From contig JANRLX010000103.1 in the NCBI GenBank assembly GCA_033762115.1, positions 18,387 to 82,386 of the forward strand: 64,000 nucleotides of DNA. Reading direction: 5' to 3'. The notes beneath the pieces were generated by a model. That model was not told the DNA's origin. It made no database searches and was given only the letters and a program-made list of their open reading frames with translations. Position 1 is the stretch's first letter, and each line of letters opens with the position of its first letter. The translations under genes were made by a program, and so were the position numbers. The stretch is from Verrucomicrobiota bacterium. GTDB lineage: Bacteria > Verrucomicrobiota > Verrucomicrobiia > Limisphaerales > SXQI01. Positions 26,451-35,031 of the stretch are shown piece after piece.

Positions 26451-27713
26451 ATGGATTGTTTACAGATTAAAGGCGGCGTTCCGCTGGAAGGTGAAGTGGA
26501 GATCAGTGGCGCAAAAAATGCCGTTCTTCCCATATTGGCTGCAACCCTGTTGACGCGGGAAAAATGCGTCATTCATCGTGTGCCCGACCTCAGCGATGTG
26601 ACTTTCATGGGGCAGATCCTGAGTTCACTTGGCGCAGAGGTTTCTTTTCAGGGCGGGAGCGTTTCCATCGAGGCAGACAAGATCACCGGAGTGGGCGATT
26701 ACGACCTGATCCGGAAAATGCGCGGCTCGATCTGCATTCTCGGCCCTTTGCTGGCGCGGCTGAAGAAAGCGCAGGTTTCACTCCCCGGCGGTTGTGTGAT
26801 TGGATCGCGCCCGGTTGACCTTCATTTGAAAGGATTGGAAGCGCTGGGGGCCAACATCAGGATTGAAGGCGGCTATGTGATCGCGACGGCAAAACGGCTG
26901 ATCGGAAACGAAATGTTTTTGGGCGGTCGCTCAGGACCAACGGTCCTTGGGACTGCCAACATCATGATGGCTGCAACCCTGGCGGAAGGGGTCACGATCA
27001 TTGAAAGCGCCGCGTGCGAGCCTGAGGTGACCGACCTGGCGAATTTCCTGAATTCGATGGGGGCAAAAGTTTCCGGCGCAGGCAGTCCCACCATCACAAT
27101 CCAGGGGGTCAGGGAATTGCACGGCGCAGAGCATGAAGTGATTCCGGACCGAATCGAGGCCGCCACCTTTGCAATTGCCGCTGCCGCGACAGATGGCGAG
27201 GTGACGATCAAGGGATCGCGACCGGAGCATTACGGCGCGGTGCTGGATAAATTGCGCAATGCGGGCGTGCAGATCACGCGGACAGGATCGAACCTGAAAG
27301 TGAAGCGGGGAAGAAAATTGAAGGCAGTCGATGTCACCACACTGCCTTATTCCGGGTTTCCAACCGATGTTCAGGCGCAAATGATGGTGCTGATGGCGTT
27401 AACGCCCGGCATCAGCATTATCACGGAACGGATTTTTGAATCCCGCTTCATGCATGTCAGCGAACTGGCGCGGCTTGGCGCGGAAATTGCCATCGAAGGT
27501 CCCAGCGCCATAGTCAAAGGGGGAAGGCCGTTCAGTGGAGCCCCGGTGATGGCAAGTGACCTGCGGGCCTCGGCCGCACTGGTAATTGCGGGGATGGTTG
27601 CGGAGGGAACAACGCTGGTGAAACGGATTTACCACCTGGATCGGGGTTATGAAAACATCGATCAAAAACTTAAACGCCTGGGAGCACGGATCCAGCGGGT
27701 GCCGGAAACCTGA
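26451..27713 (+). CDS. murA: UDP-N-acetylglucosamine 1-carboxyvinyltransferase
   Basis: 'ISGAKNAVLPILAATLL', 'LPGGCVIGSRPVDLHLKGLEALGA' (catalytic Cys), 'FPTDVQAQMM', 'HLDRGYE'. Confidence 0.95.
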   Translation: MDCLQIKGGVPLEGEVEISGAKNAVLPILAATLLTREKCVIHRVPDLSDVTFMGQILSSLGAEVSFQGGSVSIEADKITGVGDYDLIRKMRGSICILGPLLARLKKAQVSLPGGCVIGSRPVDLHLKGLEALGANIRIEGGYVIATAKRLIGNEMFLGGRSGPTVLGTANIMMAATLAEGVTIIESAACEPEVTDLANFLNSMGAKVSGAGSPTITIQGVRELHGAEHEVIPDRIEAATFAIAAAATDGEVTIKGSRPEHYGAVLDKLRNAGVQITRTGSNLKVKRGRKLKAVDVTTLPYSGFPTDVQAQMMVLMALTPGISIITERIFESRFMHVSELARLGAEIAIEGPSAIVKGGRPFSGAPVMASDLRASAALVIAGMVAEGTTLVKRIYHLDRGYENIDQKLKRLGARIQRVPET

Positions 27714-27741
27714 CCGGCCGTATGAAAGGAGATAACTGCGC

Positions 27742-28134
27742 ATGCTCAAGTTTTTGATTACCGCAGTGATTGTCCTGACGGTCTATTTCGGCACGAAAAA
27801 ATTGATCTTCGAGTACAAGGAGGTCGAGCAGCAGGAAAAGGGGGGCGTGGTCAGCAGTGCGCCGCTCGGACTTGAAGGATTACCTCCCTATCTTGAGGCG
27901 AGCCTGGACACAGCCCAGAAACAAGGGCCGGGGACCATGCGGGAGTGGTTGAAGAAAAACCGGCATCTCGTGCGGGATCCGCGACTGGCGGAGATTGAGC
28001 TGGATTATGTGCTGCTGGTCAGCCGGGACAACCGGGAGGAAGCCAAACGCGTTTTCAAATCAGTGAAGGAACGCACCCCGAAAGATTCGCCGCTGGCTCC
28101 ACGGATCAATCGCCTGGCAGCGACCTACGATTGA
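27742..28134 (+). CDS. Hypothetical membrane-anchored protein
   Basis: Single N-terminal TM 'FLITAVIVLTVYFG'. No recognisable motif. Coding call rests on position and spacing. Confidence 0.5.
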   Translation: MLKFLITAVIVLTVYFGTKKLIFEYKEVEQQEKGGVVSSAPLGLEGLPPYLEASLDTAQKQGPGTMREWLKKNRHLVRDPRLAEIELDYVLLVSRDNREEAKRVFKSVKERTPKDSPLAPRINRLAATYD

Positions 28135-28141
28135 TTGCGCT

Positions 28142-28705
28142 GTGCTGCTGGCATTCAACAAACCGCACGGAGTCCTTTCTCAATTCTCTCCGGATGGCTC
28201 CTCCAACCGAACTCTCGCGGATTTCGATTTTCCAAAAAATGTTTACCCGATCGGACGTCTGGATGCCGATTCCGAAGGATTGCTGCTCCTCAGTGATGAA
28301 GCGAGGTGGACCGACCGGTTGTTGAATCCGAAGCGCGGCCATGAGCGGACTTACTGGGTGCAGGTTGAACGAATTCCAACAATTGAAAGTTGCGGCACCC
28401 TGGAAGCAGGAGTTGAGATTCAAGGTTATCGAACCTTGCCCTGCAAGGCCAGGTTGCTGGAGCCCGCGCCGCTGGTGGCAGAACGCAACCCGCCGATTCG
28501 CTTCAGGAAAAATGTTCCGACCGCCTGGCTCGAGCTTTCATTGATTGAAGGAAAAAACCGGCAGGTCCGAAAGATGACCGCCGCGGTGGGGCACCCAACT
28601 CTTCGACTCATCCGGGTGGCGATTGGAGAATTCCGGCTGGAGCAGTTGCCTGAAGGGAAGTGGAAGGAATTAAACGCCTCGGAACGGGCGTTATTGCTCG
28701 CTTGA
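28142..28705 (+). CDS. rluE: rRNA pseudouridine synthase (RsuA/RluE family, no S4 domain)
   Basis: 'LLAFNKPHGVLSQF', catalytic 'GRLDADSEGLLLLSDE', 'EGKNRQVRKM'. GTG start. Confidence 0.85.
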   Translation: MLLAFNKPHGVLSQFSPDGSSNRTLADFDFPKNVYPIGRLDADSEGLLLLSDEARWTDRLLNPKRGHERTYWVQVERIPTIESCGTLEAGVEIQGYRTLPCKARLLEPAPLVAERNPPIRFRKNVPTAWLELSLIEGKNRQVRKMTAAVGHPTLRLIRVAIGEFRLEQLPEGKWKELNASERALLLA

Positions 28706-28749
28706 AATGGAGCTCAGAGAGTTGGCAGGCGATGTTGGTGCGATCCCGA

Positions 28750-30171
28750 TTATTTGGGTGGAGTGCTTTTCGGCATTTTGCCTTTGAAAGGCAAGGTATC
28801 CGGGGTAACGCGCACTTCGGTTGTGAATTTTAGCGGAGCAGGTTTTCCTTCAAAGGTGAACTCCACAAAATAGGCGGTCCAACCTTCAACCGGTGGCGGC
28901 ACTTCGATGGACCAGAGAGTGGCGTTGGGATCAAGATCCCGGCTGGCCCATGAAGGGCCAATGGTTTCGAGCCGGAAATCGCGGGCGGTGGGATTGGTGG
29001 CCTGCCAAAGTTTTACGGCATGCGCTTTCTTGTTGAGGCTCGCTTCAATTTTTCCGGGGGTGTCCATGTTCCATGAAATTTCAGGAACTGTTTTTTTCGT
29101 CAGGATGCTTTGGTAAAATGCGAGCAGGCTTTGCGAGGCATCTGATTTTCTGAGCGAATGGTCTGTGTTGGGAATGTAGCGGAGATATTTCGGTCCTTTC
29201 AGCTCTTTCCAGTAAAATTGGGCGGAATCGGGCAGGAAAAACTGGTCGCCAGTGGCATTGATCAGATATTTGGGAAGTGTCAGCCGGTCGCGATATTCAA
29301 ACGGCTCCTCGATTTTCATCAATGCCTTGTATTCCGGGGTATAGGTCCAGTCCATGATCCGCATCGCTTCATAATCCCCCACCGCAGGCGCCCAGAAACC
29401 GTAGGCTTCATAATGATGCTCGAAGGAGGGGATGACATTGAGCATGTCGATGACAATTGGAATGATTGCCACGACGCGTGAATCCACTGCTGCGGTGGTC
29501 CAGCTGGTCCAGCCTCGTTTTGATGCACCGCTGACGACAAAGCCGCTGACCTGGTGAGCCCCGGCTTTTTGGCTGCGGGAAAAGGCAGCGACGGTATCCA
29601 TGGCGCGAACGGCGCTTTTGGTCATGGGCAATCGCGCGGGCCAGCGTTGGTCCCCGGTGCGAAGATATCGATCCCATGTATAGGCCACCAGGCTGTCTTC
29701 ATGGCGCTCTTCGCCGTCTCCCTTGAATTTCAGCGGCTGGTTCGGGACCATGCGTAATTCGCTGACGATGGAATCGGTGGTGGTTGCGATTTGCAGCAGG
29801 TCCGCCGGAGGGTTCCGGGGAGGTTCCTTGTCATTGCTGTCGCCGGTAATGAAAAGGAGGGAATTGGTATGCTTGACCTCTTCGGGAATGATAACGGTCA
29901 ACCAATGTTTCCAGAGTGGCTGATTCACCTCGTTGGTGGTGAGCCAGGCCTGGGAGGTCATTTCCAGTAAATGCGCCTGCGCCGCGCCCGCTTTGTCGGA
30001 ACGAACCACGCGCCAGGTGTAATTGGTGTCCGGCTGGGCAACGTATTCATCGAGAGCGGTGCGGACATCGATTTTTTTTGGTTGCAGAGCGTGGCTGGGA
30101 ACGGAGCTGCCTGCCAGCAAGCCGAGAAGAAGCGCAAGTGTGGACCGCCACGCCATTGAAAACAGTTGCAT
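28750..30171 (-). CDS. PhoPQ-activated pathogenicity-related (PqaA-type) secreted protein
   Basis: 'EDSLVAYTWDRYLRTGDQRWPARLPMTKSAVRAMD', 'FVVSGASKRGWTSWTTAAVD.RV.AI.P.VID.LN', 'GDQFFLPDSAQFYW..L.GPKYLRYIPN.DHSL'. Confidence 0.8.
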   Translation of the reverse strand: MQLFSMAWRSTLALLLGLLAGSSVPSHALQPKKIDVRTALDEYVAQPDTNYTWRVVRSDKAGAAQAHLLEMTSQAWLTTNEVNQPLWKHWLTVIIPEEVKHTNSLLFITGDSNDKEPPRNPPADLLQIATTTDSIVSELRMVPNQPLKFKGDGEERHEDSLVAYTWDRYLRTGDQRWPARLPMTKSAVRAMDTVAAFSRSQKAGAHQVSGFVVSGASKRGWTSWTTAAVDSRVVAIIPIVIDMLNVIPSFEHHYEAYGFWAPAVGDYEAMRIMDWTYTPEYKALMKIEEPFEYRDRLTLPKYLINATGDQFFLPDSAQFYWKELKGPKYLRYIPNTDHSLRKSDASQSLLAFYQSILTKKTVPEISWNMDTPGKIEASLNKKAHAVKLWQATNPTARDFRLETIGPSWASRDLDPNATLWSIEVPPPVEGWTAYFVEFTFEGKPAPLKFTTEVRVTPDTLPFKGKMPKSTPPK

Positions 30172-30263
30172 CGCGGAACTTTATCCAGAGAGGCGGGTGG
30201 GTCAACCATTGGCCTCAAGAATTCCGCAGTTTGTCCCTTCCATCTTTGACGCAGTCGGTTACG

Positions 30264-31088
30264 ATGAGAGCAATGCGTGGCGCGCAAACCAGGACCGCCT
30301 TGCTTGCAGCACTGTTGCTGCTCCTTCTGATTTCCCCCTCCGGCAACGCGCAGTTCTCCGACCGGAACGGCGTTCCCTCATGGGAAGTGGATAAGAAAAT
30401 GCCCAGGGATTTGTTCACTTTTGTCCGGATCGAATACTCCTCCTATGGCAGGCGTGGACGGCGCGGAGGGGGCGGTTGGGCAACGGACTGGCCTGATGCC
30501 GAGCTGAACCTCGCCTGGCGGATGCAACAGATGACTTCGTTGCGGATCGCCCCGGAAGGGATTTACATGCGCTTAACCGATCCGCAATTGTTCAAGTATC
30601 CGTTCATCTACATTGTTGAGCCGGGGGGATTGGTTTTTGAAGAGGAGGAGGTTCCGATCCTGCGCAAATATCTGCTGAATGGCGGTTTCCTGATGATCGA
30701 TGATTTCTGGGGTGAGCGGGAATATGAGAACCTCGCCGAACAGATGGCACGGGTGTTTCCTGACCGTGAACCGGAGGAGGTGCCGCTGGAACATCCGATT
30801 TTCCACACGGTATTCGACTTGAAGGAAAAACCGCAAATCCCAAGCATCGCCTGGGCTTTCCAGGGACGTGAATACGGGATCACCTGGGAGCGGGAGGATG
30901 CGAAAACGCCGCATTACAAAGCGATCTACGACGACAAAAAACGGATCATGGTTTTTATCTGTCATAATACGGACCTGGGAGATGGATGGGAGCGGGAGGG
31001 AGAGGATGAATGGTACTTCCGGGAATTTTCGGAAAAAAAAGCCTACCCGCTCGGGATCAATATCATCTTCTACGCCATGACTCATTAA
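30264..31088 (+). CDS. DUF4159 domain protein (secreted)
   Basis: 'GGGGWATDWPDAELNLAWRMQQMT', 'LFKYPFIYIVEPG', 'LRKYLLNGGFLMIDDFWG'. Start set at ATG 30264 (signal peptide MRAMRGAQTRTALLAALLLLLL). Confidence 0.8.
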   Translation: MRAMRGAQTRTALLAALLLLLLISPSGNAQFSDRNGVPSWEVDKKMPRDLFTFVRIEYSSYGRRGRRGGGGWATDWPDAELNLAWRMQQMTSLRIAPEGIYMRLTDPQLFKYPFIYIVEPGGLVFEEEEVPILRKYLLNGGFLMIDDFWGEREYENLAEQMARVFPDREPEEVPLEHPIFHTVFDLKEKPQIPSIAWAFQGREYGITWEREDAKTPHYKAIYDDKKRIMVFICHNTDLGDGWEREGEDEWYFREFSEKKAYPLGINIIFYAMTH

Positions 31089-31105
31089 CGGAGTTAAGGG
31101 AATCT

Positions 31106-32119
31106 ATGGAGCAGCACACAGTGACGCCAACGTTCGAGCAGGAACAGAAAACATTCGAGCAGATCAGCTCCAGTCGCAGCCGGATCAGGACTGAATTATC
31201 CAAGACCATCACCGGGCAGGAGGAAGTGATCGAACAGATCCTCCTGGCATTGTTCTCGGGAGGGCATTGCCTGATCACCGGGGCTCCCGGTCTGGCCAAA
31301 ACGCTCCTCGTCAAATCGATTGCCCAGATTTTTCATCTGCAATTTCAGCGCATCCAGTTCACGCCGGACTTGATGCCAGCCGATATTACCGGCACGGAAA
31401 TCCTGACGGACACCGAACAGGGAAGAAAGCTGGTTTTTGTGAAGGGACCGATTTTCGGGAACATGATCCTCGCCGATGAAATCAACCGCACCCCGCCCAA
31501 AACCCAGGCGGCGTTGCTGGAGGCCATGCAGGAGCACCAGGTCACCGCAGCGGGAATTCGCTACGCCCTTCCTGAACCGTTCTTTGTACTGGCGACTCAA
31601 AATCCAATCGAAATGGAGGGGACCTATCCTTTGCCTGAAGCCCAACTCGACCGTTTCATGTTCAATGTGATCGTCGATTACCTCCCTGAAGACCAGGAAG
31701 TGGCGGTGGTGACCAACACCACTGCGCAACGGGGCGCCGCCCCGGAACCGCTTTTTACCGGGGAGGATGTGTTGCGCTTCCATGATCTGGTCCGGCGCGT
31801 TCCCATGGCTGAAGAGGTGGTACGGTATGCGGTGCGGCTTGCCGCTGCCTCCCGACCACGCCAGCCGCACACACCGAATTTTGTGACGGAATGGGTCAAC
31901 TGGGGCGCCGGGTTGCGGGCTGGCCAGTTCCTTGTGCTTGGAGCGAAAGCACGCGCCCTCCTGGGCGGTCGTTCCCATGCCACGGTTGAAGATGTCCGGG
32001 CACTGGCCAAACCTGCCTTGCGACATCGCATCCTGTTGAATTACCGGGCGGAGGCGGAAGGTGTGACAGTGGAAAAGGTCATCGATCAACTTCTCGGTCA
32101 CGTGCCCACACGCTCCTGA
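31106..32119 (+). CDS. MoxR-family AAA+ ATPase
   Basis: 'ITGQEEVIEQILLALFSGGHCLITGAPGLAKTLLVKSIA', 'FQRIQFTPDLMPADITG', 'ILADEINRTPPKTQAALLEAMQE'. Start set at ATG 31106. Confidence 0.9.
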   Translation: MEQHTVTPTFEQEQKTFEQISSSRSRIRTELSKTITGQEEVIEQILLALFSGGHCLITGAPGLAKTLLVKSIAQIFHLQFQRIQFTPDLMPADITGTEILTDTEQGRKLVFVKGPIFGNMILADEINRTPPKTQAALLEAMQEHQVTAAGIRYALPEPFFVLATQNPIEMEGTYPLPEAQLDRFMFNVIVDYLPEDQEVAVVTNTTAQRGAAPEPLFTGEDVLRFHDLVRRVPMAEEVVRYAVRLAAASRPRQPHTPNFVTEWVNWGAGLRAGQFLVLGAKARALLGGRSHATVEDVRALAKPALRHRILLNYRAEAEGVTVEKVIDQLLGHVPTRS

Positions 32120-32122
32120 AGA

Positions 32123-33013
32123 ATGATCACAGCCCCGCGCGAACGTTTCCTGGATGTGCCATCATTGATGACCATCCGGAATCTGGAACTGCGCGCAAAA
32201 GTGGTGGTGGAAGGGTTCTGGAACGGGCTTCATCGCAGTCCCTATCACGGTTTCTCCGTCGAGTTCACCGAATATCGCCAGTACACCCCGGGAGATGATC
32301 CGCGATACCTTGATTGGAGACTTTTCGCACGTTCGGACCGTTATTACATCAAGAAGTTCGAGGATGAAACCAACCTCCGTTGCCTGTTAATGGTCGACCA
32401 AAGCCGTTCGATGCTTTTCGGTTCCGGCAGCTACAGCAAAAACGATTATGCGCATACCCTCGCGGCAACACTCGCCTATTTTTTATTCGAGCAGGGAGAC
32501 GCCGTGGGGTTAATGGCATTTCATGAACGCATCCAGGAGTATCTTCCCGTGCGAAACCGGCCCGGCCACCTTCGGCAGATCATGCTTGCCCTGGAAAAAC
32601 CGGCGGCAGGGAAGGAAACGAACCTTGCCCTTCCATTGAAGCGGGTCAGCGAAATGGTCCGGAAACGGGGAATGTTCGTCATGATCTCGGATTTTTTGAC
32701 GCCGCTGGAGGAGTTTGCCTCCGCGCTCCGGCTGCTCGCGGCCTCGGGAAATGAATTGCTTCTGTTCCAGGTGCTTGATCCTGCGGAAGTGATTTTCAAC
32801 CTGGAGAAAGTCACGCTTTTTCAGGACCGGGAAAATGAGCGTGAATTGTTCATTGACCCTGCCCAGGCCAGGGGCGGTTACCTGGCCCGCTTCAATGAAC
32901 ATCAACTCGCGTTGCGGCAAATCGCCCAGGGCCTCGGAGCGCATTATCAGCTGCTTCGCACCGACCAGTTGCTCCAACATGCGCTGCTGGAATTTTTGCA
33001 GCGGAGGGTCTGA
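32123..33013 (+). CDS. DUF58 (vWA-like) protein, MoxR partner
   Basis: 'GLHRSPYHGFSVEFTEYRQYTPGDDPRYLDWRLFARSDRYYIKKFEDETNL.CLLMVDQSRSM'. Confidence 0.85.
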   Translation: MITAPRERFLDVPSLMTIRNLELRAKVVVEGFWNGLHRSPYHGFSVEFTEYRQYTPGDDPRYLDWRLFARSDRYYIKKFEDETNLRCLLMVDQSRSMLFGSGSYSKNDYAHTLAATLAYFLFEQGDAVGLMAFHERIQEYLPVRNRPGHLRQIMLALEKPAAGKETNLALPLKRVSEMVRKRGMFVMISDFLTPLEEFASALRLLAASGNELLLFQVLDPAEVIFNLEKVTLFQDRENERELFIDPAQARGGYLARFNEHQLALRQIAQGLGAHYQLLRTDQLLQHALLEFLQRRV

Positions 33014-33164
33014 CGCCCGATTCCACTGACGGATACCACCCTTATATTCCTGAGAAAAGTTTCAGTTCTTTCCCCCATATTCACTTTTAAGCGAGGTGCT
33101 AGCTTATTCCCGAGCAAGCCACTTTTCGGGGCTTGCAAGGAGGGGTAAAAGTGGGGGATGGAAA

Positions 33165-33195
33165 GGGACTGGTGGATAAGCCAGTCCCTTTTACT
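33165..33195 (+). terminator. Rho-independent terminator about 150 nt downstream of the DUF58 gene
   Basis: GGGACTGG (33165-33172), loop TGGATAAG, CCAGTCCC (33181-33188), then TTTTACTT. Confidence 0.6.
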
Positions 33196-33228
33196 TCCAG
33201 AATTTCCAGGCAAGAGAAGATTGATCCG

Positions 33229-33252
33229 GTTCCGCTTCCTGCGAAGCGGAAC
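33229..33252 (-). terminator. Perfect 10-bp hairpin immediately after the stop of the phosphatase-cytochrome gene (weak terminator candidate, no clean U-run)
   Basis: GTTCCGCTTC-CTGC-GAAGCGGAAC at 33229-33252. The stop codon of the minus-strand gene is at 33255-33257. Confidence 0.35.
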
Positions 33253-33254
33253 GT

Positions 33255-34217
33255 TTAGTTTCGATACTGGCGATGGCAGTCGCGGCACGATTTCGCCACC
33301 CTGGACCAGTAAACCGCACCCTGTGCAGGTTTCACTCTACCTTCGCTCTCCTTGAGAAAGCGTCGTAACTCCAGCAGTTCAACTTCGGCAGCTTGAAGCC
33401 GCTTCAAAAAATCCTCCCCCAATCTTGCCGCTTCCGGCGAACGCGCCAGTTCGCGATACGATTCAGCCAGTAACATCGCGCTTCGGGCCGGAGAGAAGTC
33501 AGGGTGTGCAGCGGAAATTTTGTAGTCTTCCTTTTGGAACGCTTCCAGTTCCTCCCATGATTTGTCGATCAGCACCATTGCCTCAACCATTGAGGAGGGG
33601 CGAACAGCTTCCGGGAATTCATCGGGAATTGCTGCCATTGCCGCAGGAGCAACCGGTTGAAAATGCTTCACCATTTCGAACAAGCCGGGATAGTCAGGAG
33701 AGGTCCCGGCGGCTTTCAACCACGATTCACCCTGGCTGTTGTCCCACAGCCCAAGTCCCTGGCACACCACTGCCGCCGCGGCAGGGCCGCGATGTTTCCC
33801 GTGGTGACAATGCAGGTAGACCGGCCCGCCTGCTGATTGCGCAGCTTTCACAATCCGTTGCATGTTCGAAACTGTCGTGCCGTCGTATCCCATCGGAATA
33901 TGGATGTAACGAATGCCGTGGGCCCGGGCGGTCTCGACTTCCGGTCGGGCCCCATCCACGGAAATAATCGTTTTGATTCCACGGTCCGCCAGTTCCTTGA
34001 AGCTGTTGCTGCTCTGCGGGGAACCGCCTGAATAAACGCCAGCCTGGAGGAGGAACAGGTTTTCCAGAGTTTCTGAAGGAATTTTCTGAAAGGCAGGCTG
34101 GTTCGTCTGGGCAAAGAGGGTACAGGCATGAAGCAAAAATAGAAGCGACAATCCAACAGTCACTTCCATTAGACCGCGAGAACGTAAGAACGTTTTATGA
34201 ATGGATGAGCTCATCAC
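33255..34217 (-). CDS. Secreted fusion: Cys-based phosphatase-fold domain (HCX5R loop) + C-terminal class-II cytochrome c (cytochrome c'-like, CXXCH) domain
   Basis: Signal-like 'VTVGLSLLFLLHACTLFAQ'. 'GIKTIISVDG...AHGIRYIHIPMGYDG' and P-loop 'VYLHCHHGKHRGPAAAAV'. The last ~130 aa are predicted helical and end '...VAKSCRDCHRQYRN*', with the haem motif placed as in cytochrome c'. Confidence 0.65.
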   Translation of the reverse strand: MMSSSIHKTFLRSRGLMEVTVGLSLLFLLHACTLFAQTNQPAFQKIPSETLENLFLLQAGVYSGGSPQSSNSFKELADRGIKTIISVDGARPEVETARAHGIRYIHIPMGYDGTTVSNMQRIVKAAQSAGGPVYLHCHHGKHRGPAAAAVVCQGLGLWDNSQGESWLKAAGTSPDYPGLFEMVKHFQPVAPAAMAAIPDEFPEAVRPSSMVEAMVLIDKSWEELEAFQKEDYKISAAHPDFSPARSAMLLAESYRELARSPEAARLGEDFLKRLQAAEVELLELRRFLKESEGRVKPAQGAVYWSRVAKSCRDCHRQYRN

Positions 34218-34232
34218 CAGCGCCAGCGCTCT

Positions 34233-34400
34233 TCAATAAACGATGATTCGCTCCGCCTCAAAGATTTGTTCAAGCAATTGATCGTAATCGGGGGAGCTGC
34301 TGGTCAGGTCAAATTCCGCTATTGAACCAGTTTCCCGTTGCTGATTGAACCCGGTCGCGATCAATTCCTCTGCTGGGCGTGTGAAAATGAGAAGAGTCAT
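34233..34400 (-). CDS. 55-aa DsrH/TusB-like stub (below the ORF-track size cut-off)
   Basis: Hand translation gives MTLLIFTRPAEELIATGFNQQRETGSIAEFDLTSSSPDYDQLLEQIFEAERIIVY*. The ends resemble TusB ('MLHTLHRSP...' and '...IDYTDFVRLTVKHPSQMAW'). It sits 5 nt after the DsrF-like stop and 15 nt before the next start. Confidence 0.5.
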   Translation of the reverse strand: MTLLIFTRPAEELIATGFNQQRETGSIAEFDLTSSSPDYDQLLEQIFEAERIIVY

Positions 34401-34405
34401 GAATT

Positions 34406-34708
34406 TTAGGGGAGGTCTGAAAAGCAGGAGGTATAATCAGCATCGGCAACTGATTGACTGAAAGAATCGCCGTCGGTCGTCACCGGGCATTGTTCCTCTT
34501 TTAGAATTTTTAAGTAAGTGGTGATCAATTCATTCTCCAACCCTGCATCAGGAGCGAGCAAATGAACCGCCGCACCGCGCAAGTGGACTGCGACCTGCAC
34601 TCGTTTCCAGACAGCCACACCCGCAGCCACCCGCAAGGCCTCGAGCGCTTTCCCTGACCGCGCTGGATCACTCTCGATCACGATCAGCCATTTTTTTGAC
34701 TTGGCCAT
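34406..34708 (-). CDS. DsrF/TusC-like small protein (DsrE/F superfamily)
   Basis: 'WLIVIESDPARSGKALEALRVAAGVAVWKRVQVAVHLRGAAVHLL' parallels TusC '[44 protein letters not shown]'. No active-site Cys motif. Confidence 0.6.
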   Translation of the reverse strand: MAKSKKWLIVIESDPARSGKALEALRVAAGVAVWKRVQVAVHLRGAAVHLLAPDAGLENELITTYLKILKEEQCPVTTDGDSFSQSVADADYTSCFSDLP

Positions 34709-34710
34709 GC

Positions 34711-35028
34711 TCAGGCAAAGGTGACAAAACGGTCTGTGGCAGCAATCAGGTCACTTAAAGTGGCGAGTCCGGCGAAGGTGGCCGAATCAGAAATGGCAAT
34801 ACTCCGTTTTTGAGCGGCATAAGCGCAGCCGAACAAACGCACTCCACTTCCCTTGAGCGATTGAAGTTCCGTTTGAGTGATGCCCGCGACTGCTTCATCC
34901 AGGCAATAAAGATAAACCTCCACGGAATGGCGTTGGGCAGCATCCGCCAGCTTGATCGCATGGGTAAAATTGCGACTTCCCGGCGGGGCGGCAAGAAGGA
35001 TGGCGAGTTTGCGAGCTCGCGACTCCAT
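34711..35028 (-). CDS. DsrE/TusD-like small protein with conserved active-site Cys context
   Basis: 'KLAILLAAPPGSRNFTHAIKLADAA', 'VRLFGCAYAAQKRSI' (compare TusD 'LNICVAAALRRGV') and C-terminal 'FAGLATLSDLIAATDRFVTF'. Confidence 0.65.
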   Translation of the reverse strand: MESRARKLAILLAAPPGSRNFTHAIKLADAAQRHSVEVYLYCLDEAVAGITQTELQSLKGSGVRLFGCAYAAQKRSIAISDSATFAGLATLSDLIAATDRFVTFA

Positions 35029-35031
35029 GAA

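Noticed and set aside
31196-32101. 301-aa minus-strand ORF antisense to the MoxR ATPase gene
   Set aside because: It is a shadow ORF. The plus frame contains unmistakable Walker A/B and MoxR motifs.
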